A DNA stretch of 62,066 nt, filler included, from Choristocarpus tenellus KU-1152 (Eukaryota; Protista; Phaeophyceae), in assembly GCA_964200185.2 (NCBI GenBank). It is 8 parts of 8 records of this genome, joined end to end, with 100 filler letters (N's around TTAATTAATTAA, not from the genome) between each part and the next. Parts side by side here need not be neighbours in the genome. Positions count along the whole stretch, not along the records: positions 1 to 7,269 come from CAXNAD020006434.1; positions 7,370 to 11,268 come from CAXNAD020017255.1; positions 11,369 to 17,397 come from CAXNAD020009126.1; 5 more parts are not named here. One strand, 5' to 3'. This document shows, in pieces, positions 1 to 12,799 of the stretch. Position numbers and translations under genes: made by a program. The stretch's first letter is position 1. Each line of letters opens with the position of its first letter. The notes beneath the pieces were generated by a model that was given only the letters and a program-made list of their open reading frames with translations, was not told the origin of the DNA and did no database searches.

Positions 1-27
1 CCCCCCCCTCCCCAGATACTTTGAGCC
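1..27. mobile_element. End of a MITE family B element at the window edge
   Basis: poly-C followed by AGATACTTTGAGCC, the same terminus as at 17598-17611 and similar to 12511-12524. Confidence 0.7.
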
Positions 28-1674
28 AGTTTCTTTGGTGAATTCCATGGGCTCTGAACGTAGAGCAATGCCAGCTTGTGAACTTGAAGGAGAAATTCAA
101 TAACTCCTTCCCACATGTTCAATGTTGTGTGGCAAGTGGTCCACTACAAATGCAAGCATTTTTCTCTTTGGGAAAAGTTGGAACCCTCTTGTAAATGAAT
201 GGGAAAGGTTTTTTCGTGCAGAGCATTCCACACATCAATAACTTCTATTTCCTTCATAATGTTTATTGGAGAATGCATAACAGTTGCCTAGCCACCCAAT
301 AACTATAATATACTAAACCACCCGTTAAGAATGGATCGGTGTGGGGCGAACAAAGCAGAAACTAGTTGTACCCTGGACTAACAGAAGGAAGCACAAGTTC
401 AGATGTGCAAGTGACGTCTGACCTCTGAGGTGATTGAACATGTTGGATGCACCAGGGCGAGCTTAGGACTTTGGTTCAGGCAAGGGTTAGAGTCAATGCA
501 TGCATACTGTTGTAGGCCAGAGCACAAAGAAGAATGAAGAGAATGCCATTTCTTGTTGTTTCAACACATTCTCACCACTTCAACTTCATTGACTCATTGG
601 CTGTCTCGTGTTCTCCCCTCAATTCCCTATCCTCCTTGAGCAATGACAACACCTCTTCAGGGGAAGAAGACTTAATCCATATAGCATGGCTGTAAAGGCT
701 GGATCACAATAGAAAGAAAAATTGAAGGTCTGGTCCCAACAGTTTACAATGGTCAACCATACTCAGGTTGCTGGGTGATTAATATCCTTTGAATATCTCT
801 TCATCTGATCATTTCTCTATCTTTCCAGCATGTGTGAAGATATTGTTGGATCATTTGCGATTGTTTGCATTGAAATGAAGTCAACATTTCTTAACCTTGG
901 AGTAGTGATGCTCCTAAAATTCTAGAACCCTAAAACAGATATTTTGATCCGTCGTAGTACCAATTCAAGGCCCACATCATAAAATGCTATCCACTCTTAA
1001 CTCAGAGTAGTCTATTGAGCCATTCCGGACAGAGTTTGCAAGTGTATATTCTTCGATCACTCTGCAGATAGGCCTTGTTACTGCTCACTTGAGACCAAGC
1101 AGCTTCTGCGATTTCATGTTGAGTGCACCCTGATTTGAGCTGTCAAGAGCAAAGACCAATGAGCCTCCTATATTGATCTGTGGATTGTTGAGAGAACAAC
1201 ATTGTCATGAACGTCACCACAAGCAATAAAAATTATCAGCATAATGCAATCCAGACTCCCAAGTGAAAATTCTGACTTTTCATAAGTCTACCGTCTTCTT
1301 CAAGACATCATACAATCACGTCCTCGTAGTTAATAGTTGCAAACTTTGAGGAGAATACTCTGACTCTGGGTAGATTGACAATAGTTGTCAATATGGTGAT
1401 GAAAAGGTGGAGTCAGTGCACCGCAGAAATAGCATAGACTGTGGATTAGTTTGAAGGGTAGAACGAAGTTGAAATCGTTCCAGACGAGAAAGCTATGGAG
1501 AATTCCAATGTTCTGCTGCAGTAACTTTCGAGTTCTATATTAAGAGAGAATCATTTTCACATCCAAGTGGTCATGAGCTCACTCAGATGGAAATCAAAGG
1601 AGAGCAAATTTGATAAGATGTAGAGTGCTGAGTCATTCATGACGACATTGATATCTCTGTATCAGGACATTTCT

Positions 1675-4600
1675 TTAACTCATCACCTTCTGCATGTCCA
1701 GTTCATCAGGACAGCCTATCTGCTCTGCAATGGTGGCCCTCCATGGCCTAGACCCTATGTCCAATTCCTCAATAGGAAGTCTAAAATCCAAATGGATCAA
1801 GACAATGCTGAAACTTTTATTGACTCGGATTTCTTCCGCTTTCTGTTTTGCAGTACTTGCCAATGAAGTCGATGGTGTTCTGTTTTTGGCATCAGATACC
1901 CCATCTGCCAGCACGCTGGTCGGAGCAGATGAGGATACATATTTGGGCACGCCTGTCATTTTTTTTTCATAGAGGAGTCTTTCCATTTCTGCCCTTATTT
2001 CTTGCAATTGCTTTCGGCGACGATCACGCTCCCTCTCCACCCAACAAGACGAGTCTACTCCCTCAGTCATTGATGGTGGAGAGTCTCCTTCTGGTACCCT
2101 CACCCGCAAGGCAATTGTCTTGCATTGACTTGGGAGGTATGCTTCCACACGTACTATGTCGCGCACTTCACAGCATGCTTCCCCTGGTCCGTTGGGACTT
2201 GCTCGTACTGATCCAAATACTGTGTCAAAACCTGAAGATTTGGTACCTTCAACGCTAGATTTTTCACAGAATTGAGCGCCTATGCAGTTTTCTGCTGGTT
2301 CAAGGACAACGGCTACAATTGCAATCCTGTGTCTCAGCCTCATCACTCGCTGCTCCAATTTTGTGTAACACATTGCGTTAATATGTGAAGGGGACATGGA
2401 GGGTCCTTCCTGCTCTTCATGTCTTCTTTTGAAGCCTCTTGTGTTATGGTTCAACCATGGCTTGCTGGTAAGGGAGTTAACCTTGAAAATAATATTGAAC
2501 TTGGGGTCTTTCATAACAGGACTGTTAGTTTGGTACCTCTCCCATAATTTTCCTGATTGCTTTGAACTTTGGCCGCTGAGACTTGCTAATCCTCCTTTCT
2601 CTTGACCCAGGGTTAATGTCCAACCACCTGCATCTTCAACAAGACGAAGGTCATGGAAGAGTGCTGCAGTAGTTTTACAAGCAGTAACAACATCTTGGTC
2701 GGCCCATGTTCTCTCTAACTCTTTTTCCTGGCTGATGAGGGCAAGAAGACGGTTATCAACTTGGACCTTCAGCAGGATGAGGGACACAAGAAGAAAACAC
2801 TGTGATTAGGTAGAACATATGATATGTTTTCCAGTCTACACGCAACAGAATAGGCTGCCAAACTGGAGTCGCTCAATGTGGGACAATATGCCCAATACAA
2901 TTCTGAAATATATGTTATCTTGTATTTAATCATAGTAGTCCTTTAACTCTTGTTCTGATTACTTCTACATTACCTAGTATATGAGACAATGTATTTTAGA
3001 GGGTAGAGCCGCGTCTGTTTGGGGAGCAAAATCCAATGTTGACATTTAGATGAATTTTTGGCTATTGTGTTTGTTAAGAAGTGTCAATATCCTTGTTCCG
3101 AATATGCCTTTTCATAATGTATACATTCTACCTACTCCGAAATATTTCAGAAAAACGTGATGAAAAATCCGTGGGTAGCCAAGCCCCAATTGGACAAACA
3201 GGGCAAACCTCGTACCCTCTAAGATACTTTCACTCTATCTCTCTGTTTTGTTGAAAAACCTTTTTGCACTGTGTTGCTCAACAGGTATATACAAGAGTCA
3301 AAATACAGGAAATTCGCAGCAATTACTGTAAGGCGACACATTTTCGTTAAGGTTCTGAGAGAGACCATTTCCATACCTTGGTCAGAGCAGTTTCTATCCC
3401 AACTTCTGTTGATGTTTGCTTCATTAAATCAATTCTGGACCTCGTCATAGCCTCCACCTCCAAATAACCATGAGAAATTTGCACTAGGCGAGACTGCTCA
3501 TCCTCAGCTTGCATTTTCACTGCTGCATCTCTTTCTGCACTTGCCATCTTCTGGGCTCTGGTTTGTGGTCTCAGGCTGATTGACAATGCTGTGTCTATTT
3601 CCGATGATAAATCTGGTTGTTGCCTCATTACCATTTCTTCATGCTCTTGATTTGCTACTCTTTCTATGCGAAGTGTGGGCTCATCATCCCTGTCACTCGA
3701 GATCTTGGCCTTGGATTTGTTGGTGTTCCCCGGGCCAGACTTGAGAAGGCATACTCTTGCAACAAACCTTCTTACACCGTCAGGAGACCACTCAACCTCA
3801 TGCAGAGCCGGTAAGTGCTCATCCTCTTCAATGTCGGGACGAAAAACAAGAGAAAGCTGGTCCTCAGAGTTGTTCACCACTTGATCTAGTTTCCTTGAGA
3901 GTTCTCGAACAGATCTTCTTGCTTGGTTTCGCAAATTGAGAGGGTCATGCTCGACAGGCGCCTTCACTAGTGTGGCCCACTCCTAATTATTGTCGGGGGA
4001 GATAAGGATATACTAATTGGGGTTTGTCAATTGATGCGGGTGTAGTGGGTGTGGGGGTGCTATACACTTAGTCAATCTATCCCACACAGCTGGTCCACTG
4101 GATTATTGGACACACTTCCAAATTTGACATCATCACTAGGTCATGTTTCCTAGCGTTTTTTTGCCAATCCTCAGCGCAATAAACTGTACTCGATGTTGAG
4201 CAACATTTATTTCGCATATATATATATATATATACACCCTAACCCTAACCCTAACCCTAACCCTAACCCTAACCCTAACCCTATATATATATATATATGG
4301 TTGCTGTTCATGCTTGAAATGAGAGTCCCTGCTTGTTGAGATATCCTGGGATTGACCTTTACGGAATTGGAAGTGTAACCCGGCCTTAATCACTTCTCTG
4401 TATTTTGGTGTTGCCGGAATTACCATTCCACAGGGTTATGGACACACAACCGACACATGGATTTGAGGCATGGACTGATATCAGAATCCCAATACACCAC
4501 CTGCACCCAGTTCTTCTGCCACCACAATGCAATCAGATCAAGTACCTGGTATGCCCTGTAGGCTTCTTCTAGCTCCAGACCTTGATCTGATGCACTGTCC

Positions 4601-6843
4601 ACTATCCCTCCGCCCTGAGAGAGAGTCACATGCTCTAGTAAATATCTGTGACATGTATGATAGTTGGGGCAATTTGAATGAGGTATCTCCGTCTCTGTAA
4701 GCACCAGTAGTAGAGGATCCACTGTAGAAGTCCTCTTGTTTCATGCTACAGCTGCAAATATTTTTATCGTGAATGCTGTTGTGCAATTGCTCTCCTTTCT
4801 TGTGTGTCTATATATTGAATGGTTGGAATACCTGCAGACCTCAGCCCGTCTCTCAGGAGATAGAAGGTCAGCATAGGTGTTCCTATTGACCTCTATCTTT
4901 GTGCTTCCCTTTTCTGCACCACTACTCTTGAGGATCCTCCGCAAGTCCTCCCTCCTCATTTCCAGCTGGAGCTTGGGAGAGTTTAAGCCTGTGTCGGTAC
5001 TTGAACTCCCTCCAGAATACTTGTTTGCACATGCATCAGATAAGCTTTTTTTACCTCTGCATGGTGCTTGTTGGAATGAAATCTCAATCAAGAAGTCTCC
5101 CCTGCTAGAAACGGACACAGTGGCTGTCACATATTTGCCTGAAGTAAAACGGTCTTCCCTCCAGATAGGTCCACGATACTTTTTCATGGGTTCATGGAGT
5201 AGCCGCATGTGTGGTTCTTCACCCTCCACCGGCCTCCGCCACCAGCGTCCCTGCTCTGTTGGAAACTGAATTTCAAGGTTGTCTAAGACCTGAGCAACAA
5301 ATAGGAGAAGTGTTGAATGAAGAAGTGGGATAAGGACATTTATAGTGCCCCAGCTTCTTGAAGGAAGAATTCGTGCTCTGAATCAGTTCTCCAACATAGC
5401 AATGAGTGATTGAGCATGTTCATGTTTTATCAGACATTGTGTTCTGTACAGTAGATTGGACAACAGATCCAAGACAATTACATTTGAAAATGTAATGTGG
5501 TGTGATGACTAATCAGTAGTGCCAGGTACTGGGCTTACCCTAAAATGCACTTTCACACCTTCCACATGAGTTTCACTGGGTAGATCCCGACTCGGACAGC
5601 GTACAAATATGCCGAAACAGCATGTGTATTTGCTGACAGGCTGGCAAGGACCTCCTGCAGACTAGCCTGTTACAAGTCACATAAGCATGCCGGGAGTGTT
5701 ATTTTGGATCTAGCGATTCACAGCTACTTGAATTATCATACTTCAACCAAGAATTGCGATGGCTGCTTTTTCACCCTCTTCTCTTGCAATCAAGCGCATA
5801 TGTCCTGCTAAATCATCAAGCTAGAAAGTCCTTTTAATGTAATTTCTTTCTAATGGAATCTCAGAACTTCAGTCAAATTTCACTTCCAAGAAACAGAACG
5901 TCTCAATAAAAGTTTTGAATTTTTTTTTTCGCAGGCACAGAAAAATGTATCTTGCATACCCCCTCCATCGATGTTTGCTTGAGGTTCACTTGACTGGGCT
6001 AAACCTAACCCTAATCCTAACCCTAACCCTAAGCCAAGGACTAAGAATTAGACAATAAAATCGTGACCGTCAATGTTGCTTGGGGTACTTCAAGTCAGGC
6101 ATGTCAAGGGTAGACCATGTATCACAAAGATGCTATTGAAGATGAAGCAATGACAAAAGGTCAACTTCACACTAGCACAAAACAATATATCCCACCAACA
6201 CACAGAAGCAGAACAGTCAAGTTCATATATATTTTTATGCGAATTGAAAAAAATATATGTGCCAAATAATATATTCTGGAACATTATCTTTATTGTGGAG
6301 AAATAATGTTTTGGTTAGTAAAACATGAATGAGCCATTGCCTCATATTTCACTCCATTGTTTTCTAAACTTGTGCCCAGCATTCAAAGCGAGAACCAAAA
6401 AGAGATCCCAGCATTCAAAAGAGGCACTGTATAGATTTTTCTTGTGAGAGACCTTGAAACCCTCACAAGTGAGAAAAAGACTGAATCAAATCAAATCATC
6501 AATTAGAATGCCGATTTTCTTCAGTTGTTCAATCATAGTTATTCAATAGATACAATTCGCTGTACTTGAAGATATTGACTTCTGCACTGTGTTTTTCTTC
6601 AGGAAAGGCATACACCTAAACTCGACTTGGCAAGCTAGAGCTATACCTTGAGGCTTATCATAGAGGAGAGTGAAGGGTCATACGCCTCGAATAGGAGGTC
6701 TCCCCAGCTCTCATAGATGGTCACCAGCATCCAGCCTACCCCTAGATGACGAAATTTTCGCAGCACCTCGTTCCCCCTGGAACTGGTTCTTCCAATGAGA
6801 GTATCTTGATGCCAAATGGAGCTTTGTAGCTTTGCAAATAGAG
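1675..6843 (-). CDS. Multi-exon hypothetical protein, partial. Approximate exons: 6647-6843, ~5747-5820, ~5539-5660, 4832-5289, 4424-4721, 3377-~3980, ~1675-2766. More exons probably lie in 30-1670.
   Basis: Long minus-strand ORFs (370, 206, 162 aa and shorter) bounded by GT donors (e.g. at 6646, 5538, 4831, 4423, 3376) and pyrimidine-rich AG acceptors (e.g. at 6844, 5290, 2767). No family recognised. Phase continuity was not verified for every junction. Confidence 0.65.
2983..3235 (+). mobile_element. MITE family A copy, inside an intron
   Basis: Degenerate left TIR GAGACAATGTATTTTAGAGGGTA; right TIR TACCCTCTAAGATACTTTCACTC; 3-bp flank duplication TAT. Confidence 0.9.
4216..4298 (+). repeat. 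Interstitial telomere-like array (CCCTAA)x~8 embedded in a (TA)n microsatellite
   Basis: (TA)n, then perfect CCCTAA units at 4237-4283, then (TA)n. Confidence 0.95.
6001..6032 (+). repeat. Degenerate (CCCTAA)x~5 interstitial telomere-like repeat
   Basis: aaacctaaccctaatcctaaccctaaccctaa. Confidence 0.8.
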
Positions 6844-7045
6844 CTACAAGCAAGAGCGAATAGGCAAGGGTATGAGAGAAGCCATTAGTTTGATTCTTTA
6901 CTGTGAAACTTTGCAGCCAATTGAGTTATCTGAAAATCAGGAAGGACCTTCGAACATGTTCTTTCTTGAATGAGAAAAATAGGAGTTGCATGCAATTAAC
7001 AGGCAAGTGCATTCGACAAAAACCTGCAGCAGATTACACAATCAA

Positions 7046-7049
<4 letters not shown>

Positions 7050-7081
<32 letters not shown>
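7050..7081 (+). repeat. (CT)n microsatellite
   Basis: Direct read. Confidence 0.9.
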
Positions 7082-7083
<2 letters not shown>

Positions 7084-7201
7084 CAGTCAATTTTTTTGAC
7101 TTTACATAGGAGGTGGGGAACCTCCTCCATCTTTCTGGAAAATATTCCTAACTCCGAGGATCATGAAGCAGAGGGACATCATTTCCCCCTTTAGTCGTAA
7201 G

Positions 7202-7269
7202 GAGTGAAAGTATCTTAGAGGGTATGAGTTTTTCCCTGTTTGTCCATTTGGGGCTTGACTTCCCACGGG
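7202..7269 (-). mobile_element. MITE family A, truncated by an assembly gap
   Basis: GAGTGAAAGTATCTTAGAGGGTA...GTCCATTTGGGGCTTG followed by N-run. Confidence 0.9.
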
Positions 7270-7369
7270 NNNNNNNNNNNNNNNNNNNNNNNNNNNNNNN
7301 NNNNNNNNNNNNNTTAATTAATTAANNNNNNNNNNNNNNNNNNNNNNNNNNNNNNNNNNNNNNNNNNNN
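7270..7369. other. Artificial contig spacer (44 N + TTAATTAATTAA + 44 N). Same spacer at 11269-11368, 17398-17497, 21211-21310, 26939-27038, 32707-32806, 50398-50497.
   Basis: Identical 100-nt structure seven times; the 12-mer gives stop codons in all six frames. Confidence 0.98.
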
Positions 7370-8065
7370 GGTACTCTTTCTCAAACTACATCGCCAGTAG
7401 TATCCCTATTTCGAAACTTGCACCTTACTTCTCCCCAATACGTCCTCAAGGAAACTGGACTATATCGCAAATACTACCAGACACAAAAGGGGGAATGGCA
7501 TGTGATGCAACCACACAAACTGTTTACAGTCCTAGGACCCTATAATTGTCATCAAGGTGCTTCACCTTTGAGGAAGGTTGCATTAACCTGTATTTGTCAC
7601 ATTTTTTGTAGCGGGTGGGATCCATAGGCATGCTTAACGTTGCTGTGAAACAAGGTCCGAAGATGGCCCCTCTCCATCCCTATTTCAACTGCCCCCCATT
7701 GAAACAAACTACTCTAATGTACTTGTTGCAGCAGCTACTAGAAGGATGAACACTCCACATATCTGGACTGCACAAAGAAGTTGGATGCAAACCCTACTCG
7801 GACAAGAAGGAAACCCTTGCTTTGATTGTGAGGCTCTGCGACATAGGGTAATGGAGTGGGGAACACTTGCACTGAAACAATGTCCGAAATACAATTTACC
7901 TGAGTATAGTTTGTGGAATGTATATATTTTGACACACATCTTCCTACCTATGTTACTGTTGTATCATAGATCAGAGACTCGGAACATGCATCCATGTACC
8001 GAGAAAAGACATACACCCAAGATCCACCGCTTCACTACACCAGTTGTTCGAGTCTCAACACAGCA

Positions 8066-8332
8066 GATTGAAAGCATCTTAGAGGGTACGAGTTTTTCCC
8101 TTTTTGTCCGTTTGGGGCTTGGCTTCTCTCAATTTTTTTATGACGTTTTCCTATTCTGAATTGTTTTGGAGTAAGTAAATTGTGTACATTTTGGAGTAGG
8201 TATCGTGTATATGTGTGGAACAAGGATATTGACACTTCCAAATAAACACAATAGCCAAAATTGCATCAAATCGCAACATTAGATTTTGGTCCCCAAATGG
8301 ACGCAGCTCTACCCTCTAAGATACTTTGACTC
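8066..8332 (-). mobile_element. MITE family A copy
   Basis: Both TIRs present; 4-bp TSD AGCA/AGCA. Confidence 0.95.
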
Positions 8333-10383
8333 AGCAGCTACTAATAGTAGTACACACATGTATGCTAGTACATCCATACCGTACACCTCTCAAAACAGAT
8401 TCTTGCAAGACCAAGCCCCTGTCTCAAATGCATGGCAGAATAGAGGAAGGAGCACGTGCTATACACATACCTTCCACATATTGATATATGAAGTACTGCA
8501 CAGAGAAGCATATACTCTATATGGCGCACATTCACAAGGTATATTCACATACAAACATGGGGACACACTCCGGGGTATGTCTATACGGACCTCAAGAATA
8601 TTTTGTGAAATACGAGACATATAGAGTAAGGACGTACAATGGCTCTACATTCTATGTGATGATGTTGCACTCCTAACATTCCAGGGCAAATATCAAACCA
8701 CAGGCAGGTACTACAAAGAACTGGCACATAACACACCACTACAGTATTGTCACAGAAGGATATCGTAGAGGTTGTTACCCAAGTACTACACTACTGGTAG
8801 GCTTGGTATCTGTCTTCATCAAGGAAAGGCATGTCTGGATCACCGTTGCAAATATGGATATTCAACAAAGGGCTAGGTACAACAGAGGAGACACAAACGG
8901 ACAAGAACACACACACACACCTCTGCCAAGTCGACCTTGGCCGGAATGCTGTGGTCCTTCTTGACCCTCAGCCCAAGTGAGCCCGTATCCCCGTATCCCC
9001 GTAGTCCCACCTACACATCACAGAGGTTGAAAGCAGTGATGTCTGTGGTGAAAGTTATTCCACCATGGAAGTCCCCTTGATCTTGCTTCTTCTCCTTCCA
9101 ATCAACTCAAAGGAAGATATGTATGTCTTGTTCAGAAAACTTAACACAACGTGCTACTTAGTGCTATACCGTATATATGGACTAGTGAAGGTGCAGCAGG
9201 CCTGTACAAGACAAGCAATACTTCGCCCCATCCCTAAGTCTGGCATGGAGCATCTCTAGCATCCATGCATTTCTCATATTTCCCTTGCTTCTTGTATTCC
9301 ATCCACTTCAAAGCATCTGATATATGAGTGCAGTGTTCAACAAATTAGCAACCACTTCTTTCCCATTTTTGGACACATAACGATTCTTGGTAGAAACCAA
9401 TGAACCTCACCGCGACGACGAATTTGTCCTGCCCAGTGCAAGGACTACAACAATCAACTTGTGTACAAATAGCTCTTCTGTGCACCCACACTGCTACCTT
9501 CTTCCTTTCCTTCTGTAACAATGTTCTCACTTGCCCCAACCCTGCCTTGCCTACTCTTAGGGAGTCAAAGTAAACGAGAGGTACCCAGAGTTGGATATCA
9601 AGGATGCCGACAAATGTGCGCAAATTTCGGCCTTTTTTGCAAATGCGAATGGATTTTTTCTGTATTGTGTCGAAAGCGTTCAAATAACAGAGAAAGCAAT
9701 GCTCTCAAGTCAAACTCAGCACTTCATCCACCGAAATACCACCGAATTGCAAAATATGAAAAGATCCGGCTTGAAATGCAATACGGACAAAACCTGGGGT
9801 ACTTCTCGTTTACTTTGACTCAGGTGCAAGAACGTCACTGTAGTCATAGTACACGCCGCTAGACCCTACTGCACTCTCACCATTCAGTGCATGCATTGGC
9901 TATACGGACTGCCCATTAACCTCTATCGAGAACTCACGTATATAGCTCCTGCTCATGCGTTACTGCCAAGCAGTGGTTGGAGCCGCACTTGATTGTGGAC
10001 ACGCTTCGGAGCATTACCTGTGCATATTGAGAACATACCATCAATGGCGGAAGTAAACCAACAAGGACAAGTAGGTGCAACAGGTGTGCATAGAGCATGA
10101 CACACAGAAAAAGCGGCGCTCTCCCTTCCCCTCACCCGCACGAACGACTAGTTCCATTCCAAGAAGGTTAACTGGTGAATACCTACCCACACTTAGCACA
10201 CACACCACTCATACAACCTCAATAGACCTCACAACTTGCGACAAGCAGTACGCACTATCACATTCTCACGCAGACGCATACATACAGGGGATATGCTGAA
10301 ATGTAGCTTGAATGACACTACCCCTGTTCAAGGTTGGTGAGAATCCAAAAGTAACTCCACATGGATCACTAGGTGTCTGACTA

Positions 10384-11206
10384 GGTTCTGAGCACTTTCA
10401 GAGATTTGCTGTAGTTTGAGATTCGTTTTGATGGAGGGATCACATTAGAGTGAAGATGTACCCACTGTTTGGATGCGTTGACAAGTGAAAGACCAGTCAA
10501 TCAAGAACACTCCTACGAAGAACTTCTCTCGGACGGCTTCAGTGTGAATGATATCTGGATGGCCGAAGAGGCCTACCATGCACTTACTGTTGCTCTCGTT
10601 GCACCCACCACCAGGGCACTGTGCTATACGCACCCAAGCCCGAGCAAGCTTTTCCGAGCTATAGATGATTGATTCATGCCCAATACAGTGGGTAAGAGTC
10701 AAAGTATCTTAGAGGGTAGAGCTGCGTCCATTTGGGGGCCAAAATCCAATGTTACAATTTCGATGCAATTTTGAATATCATGTTTGTTAGGAGATGTCAA
10801 TATCCTTGTTCTGGACACTTCCTTTCATATCATATACATTTTACCTACCCCGAAAAAATTTGGAGCAGGTAATATGTCGTCAAAACCCCGTGGGAAGCCA
10901 AGCCCCAAATGGACAAACAGGGCAAAAATCGTACCCTCTAAGATACTTTCACTCCAATAGCCAACATTTGTTCCATGAGTTTTTCACTGCAAAGGTTGAG
11001 AAGGGGTCGAACCTGATCCTGACTCTAAACCACCTGGAAGAGCTTCGGGGGAGGATGTTATCAATGGATCTGGTCATCTCGGACAAGCTGCTGCTCCTAC
11101 AGTTCCTGAGTACTCTCGGATCAGATTACGATACCGAGATATGCATGATGGCCTCGCAGAGAACACTATGTCGAGCAGACGTAGAGAAAACTGCTAGAGA
11201 GCGATA
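10384..11206 (+). mobile_element. 5' part of a degenerate Ty1/copia element: PBS-like site and gag, interrupted by a MITE
   Basis: GGTTCTGAGCAC PBS-like motif. Gag-like peptides EAYHALTVALVAPTTRALCYTHPSPSKLF and LFHEFFTAKVEKG...LEELRGRM...LLQFLSTLGSDYDT continue across the MITE. Confidence 0.65.
10696..10954 (+). mobile_element. MITE family A copy inserted in copia gag
   Basis: Both 23-bp TIRs; flanks TAA/CAA (possible 3-bp TSD with one mismatch). Confidence 0.95.
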
Positions 11207-11268
11207 TGTTAAAGTATCCCCAAAATCATCAAAGAACATAAAGGTGATAAACCTGGCGAGATTGCTTG
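11207..11268 (+). repeat. Start of a repeat, probably an LTR (TGTTAAAGTATCCCC...); also at 54365-54425
   Basis: About 60 bp shared between the two loci; both start with TG and interrupt another element's reading frame. Confidence 0.55.
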
Positions 11269-12339
11269 NNNNNNNNNNNNNNNNNNNNNNNNNNNNNNNN
11301 NNNNNNNNNNNNTTAATTAATTAANNNNNNNNNNNNNNNNNNNNNNNNNNNNNNNNNNNNNNNNNNNNTACGTAGTTGGAGAGTACTCTTTTCAATGAAC
11401 ACTAAGGTTCCACATGGTCTTACACATGTCAAGCAACCCCCTCTCCCAATTTCGTCTGTGGCACTGAATTGGCGTTGAAAGTGAAGTACAAAGCAGGTCA
11501 TGCATCACCGAGTGTGCGTTCCCAAGATAGTATAACACCTACACATAGCCCTCTCTTACCAGCCCTTATCCTCCTTTACTTCTGGTTGTATGGCAATGCT
11601 CGTAGTCAAAATCTTCTTCCTTTGCACAACATTAAGCTTTTCCAACCTTTTAGACTCCCTGCTTTTCCTCCCTTTTTCCTCAACCCGTTGGACCTCTTCA
11701 AGATATCTTTCTTGCTTCTTGAGGTTCTCCTGCACCTTCCTTGCTGCCCGCCAATTAATCTCTTCTCTTCGCCACTCTTCTCTCCTGTCCTCTCTCCTGT
11801 CCTCTCCTTTCTTTCTCCTTCTTATTCTTAATCTTTTGGGCATGGAACTCCTCCACCGTCAGTCCATGCCTCATGGCACGCTTTTCCACTCTCCGATCTT
11901 GCATGCCCTTCCACTTCAATGCCCTTTTGAAGCGCCGCTGGTCAACATTGAAAAGATCAATTGACTGCGTCATCGGTGTGAGGCACGTACAAAATCGAGG
12001 CGAGGTGTTCTGGAGAGGTACTAAGCGTAATGTATTACGGTGGTGCTACCATAGGACCTCATACTTCGGGCCTGGTTCGCAAAGATTGGGCAGTAAAGTC
12101 GCGGAGCTGAAGTCCAGCCGTTACAAAGTGTGAGGACAAGGCAATAGTAGATTGATAAGTATCCATTATCAGAAGGGATGGGAATTCATATCAAAACTGT
12201 GGTATTACAGTCCTGGAAGTACATCGAATCAGTTCAGGATGGTCCAGATCAAACCAGGCAGAGATCCACTGGTGGCCTTTTTGGGCTTGACTTGTGTGTT
12301 GGCTACTGTTTCCAACCAATAGGACAGAGACGCAGCTGT

Positions 12340-12524
12340 GTCTCAAAGTATCTAGGAGGGTGGGGTGGCTGCTGCCCATTTGGGCCAATTTTTTCATGTT
12401 GCGATTTATGGGTGATTTGGTTGTGTATGTCAAATGGATGATGTAAGTACACTTTTCCTGATTATGGGCCAAATAGACATCCTGGTGTGGAACCCTCCCC
12501 CTCCCCCCCCAGATACTTTGGGTC
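12340..12524 (+). mobile_element. MITE family B, complete copy (~185 bp)
   Basis: GTCTCAAAGTATCT...AGATACTTTGGGTC termini; flanks CTGT/CGGT; reverse-complement homolog at 41710-41889. Confidence 0.85.
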
Positions 12525-12799
12525 CGGTGTGGCCACTGCCAGAGGGTTCATAGTGCCCATCATGGAGAATTGGCAAAGGGCTCTCTCTCTTTGATTAGTT
12601 AGGTCACTTTCCTCTCAGTCACTCTGCTCTTGTCACATCACCTGTGATTCTCATTTTTCATCGATACCTATGTTTACACTAGGAGTAGTGGAGTAGTACC
12701 ATTGGCTTTTCAACTCTCTTTGCCTCTCCAACTCATTCCTGTACCTAGCACTTCCATCATCCCCTCAAGGCAATTTTGATAGAACCGTGTCTCAATACT

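Noticed and set aside
8900-10380. Possible further retroelement remnant (LHARL-like peptide on the minus strand)
   Set aside because: Too degenerate to assign domains or boundaries
11556-11973. Lys/Arg/Glu-rich frameshifted ORF pair on the minus strand
   Set aside because: Low complexity, no recognisable family or clear splice structure; cannot be supported as a gene
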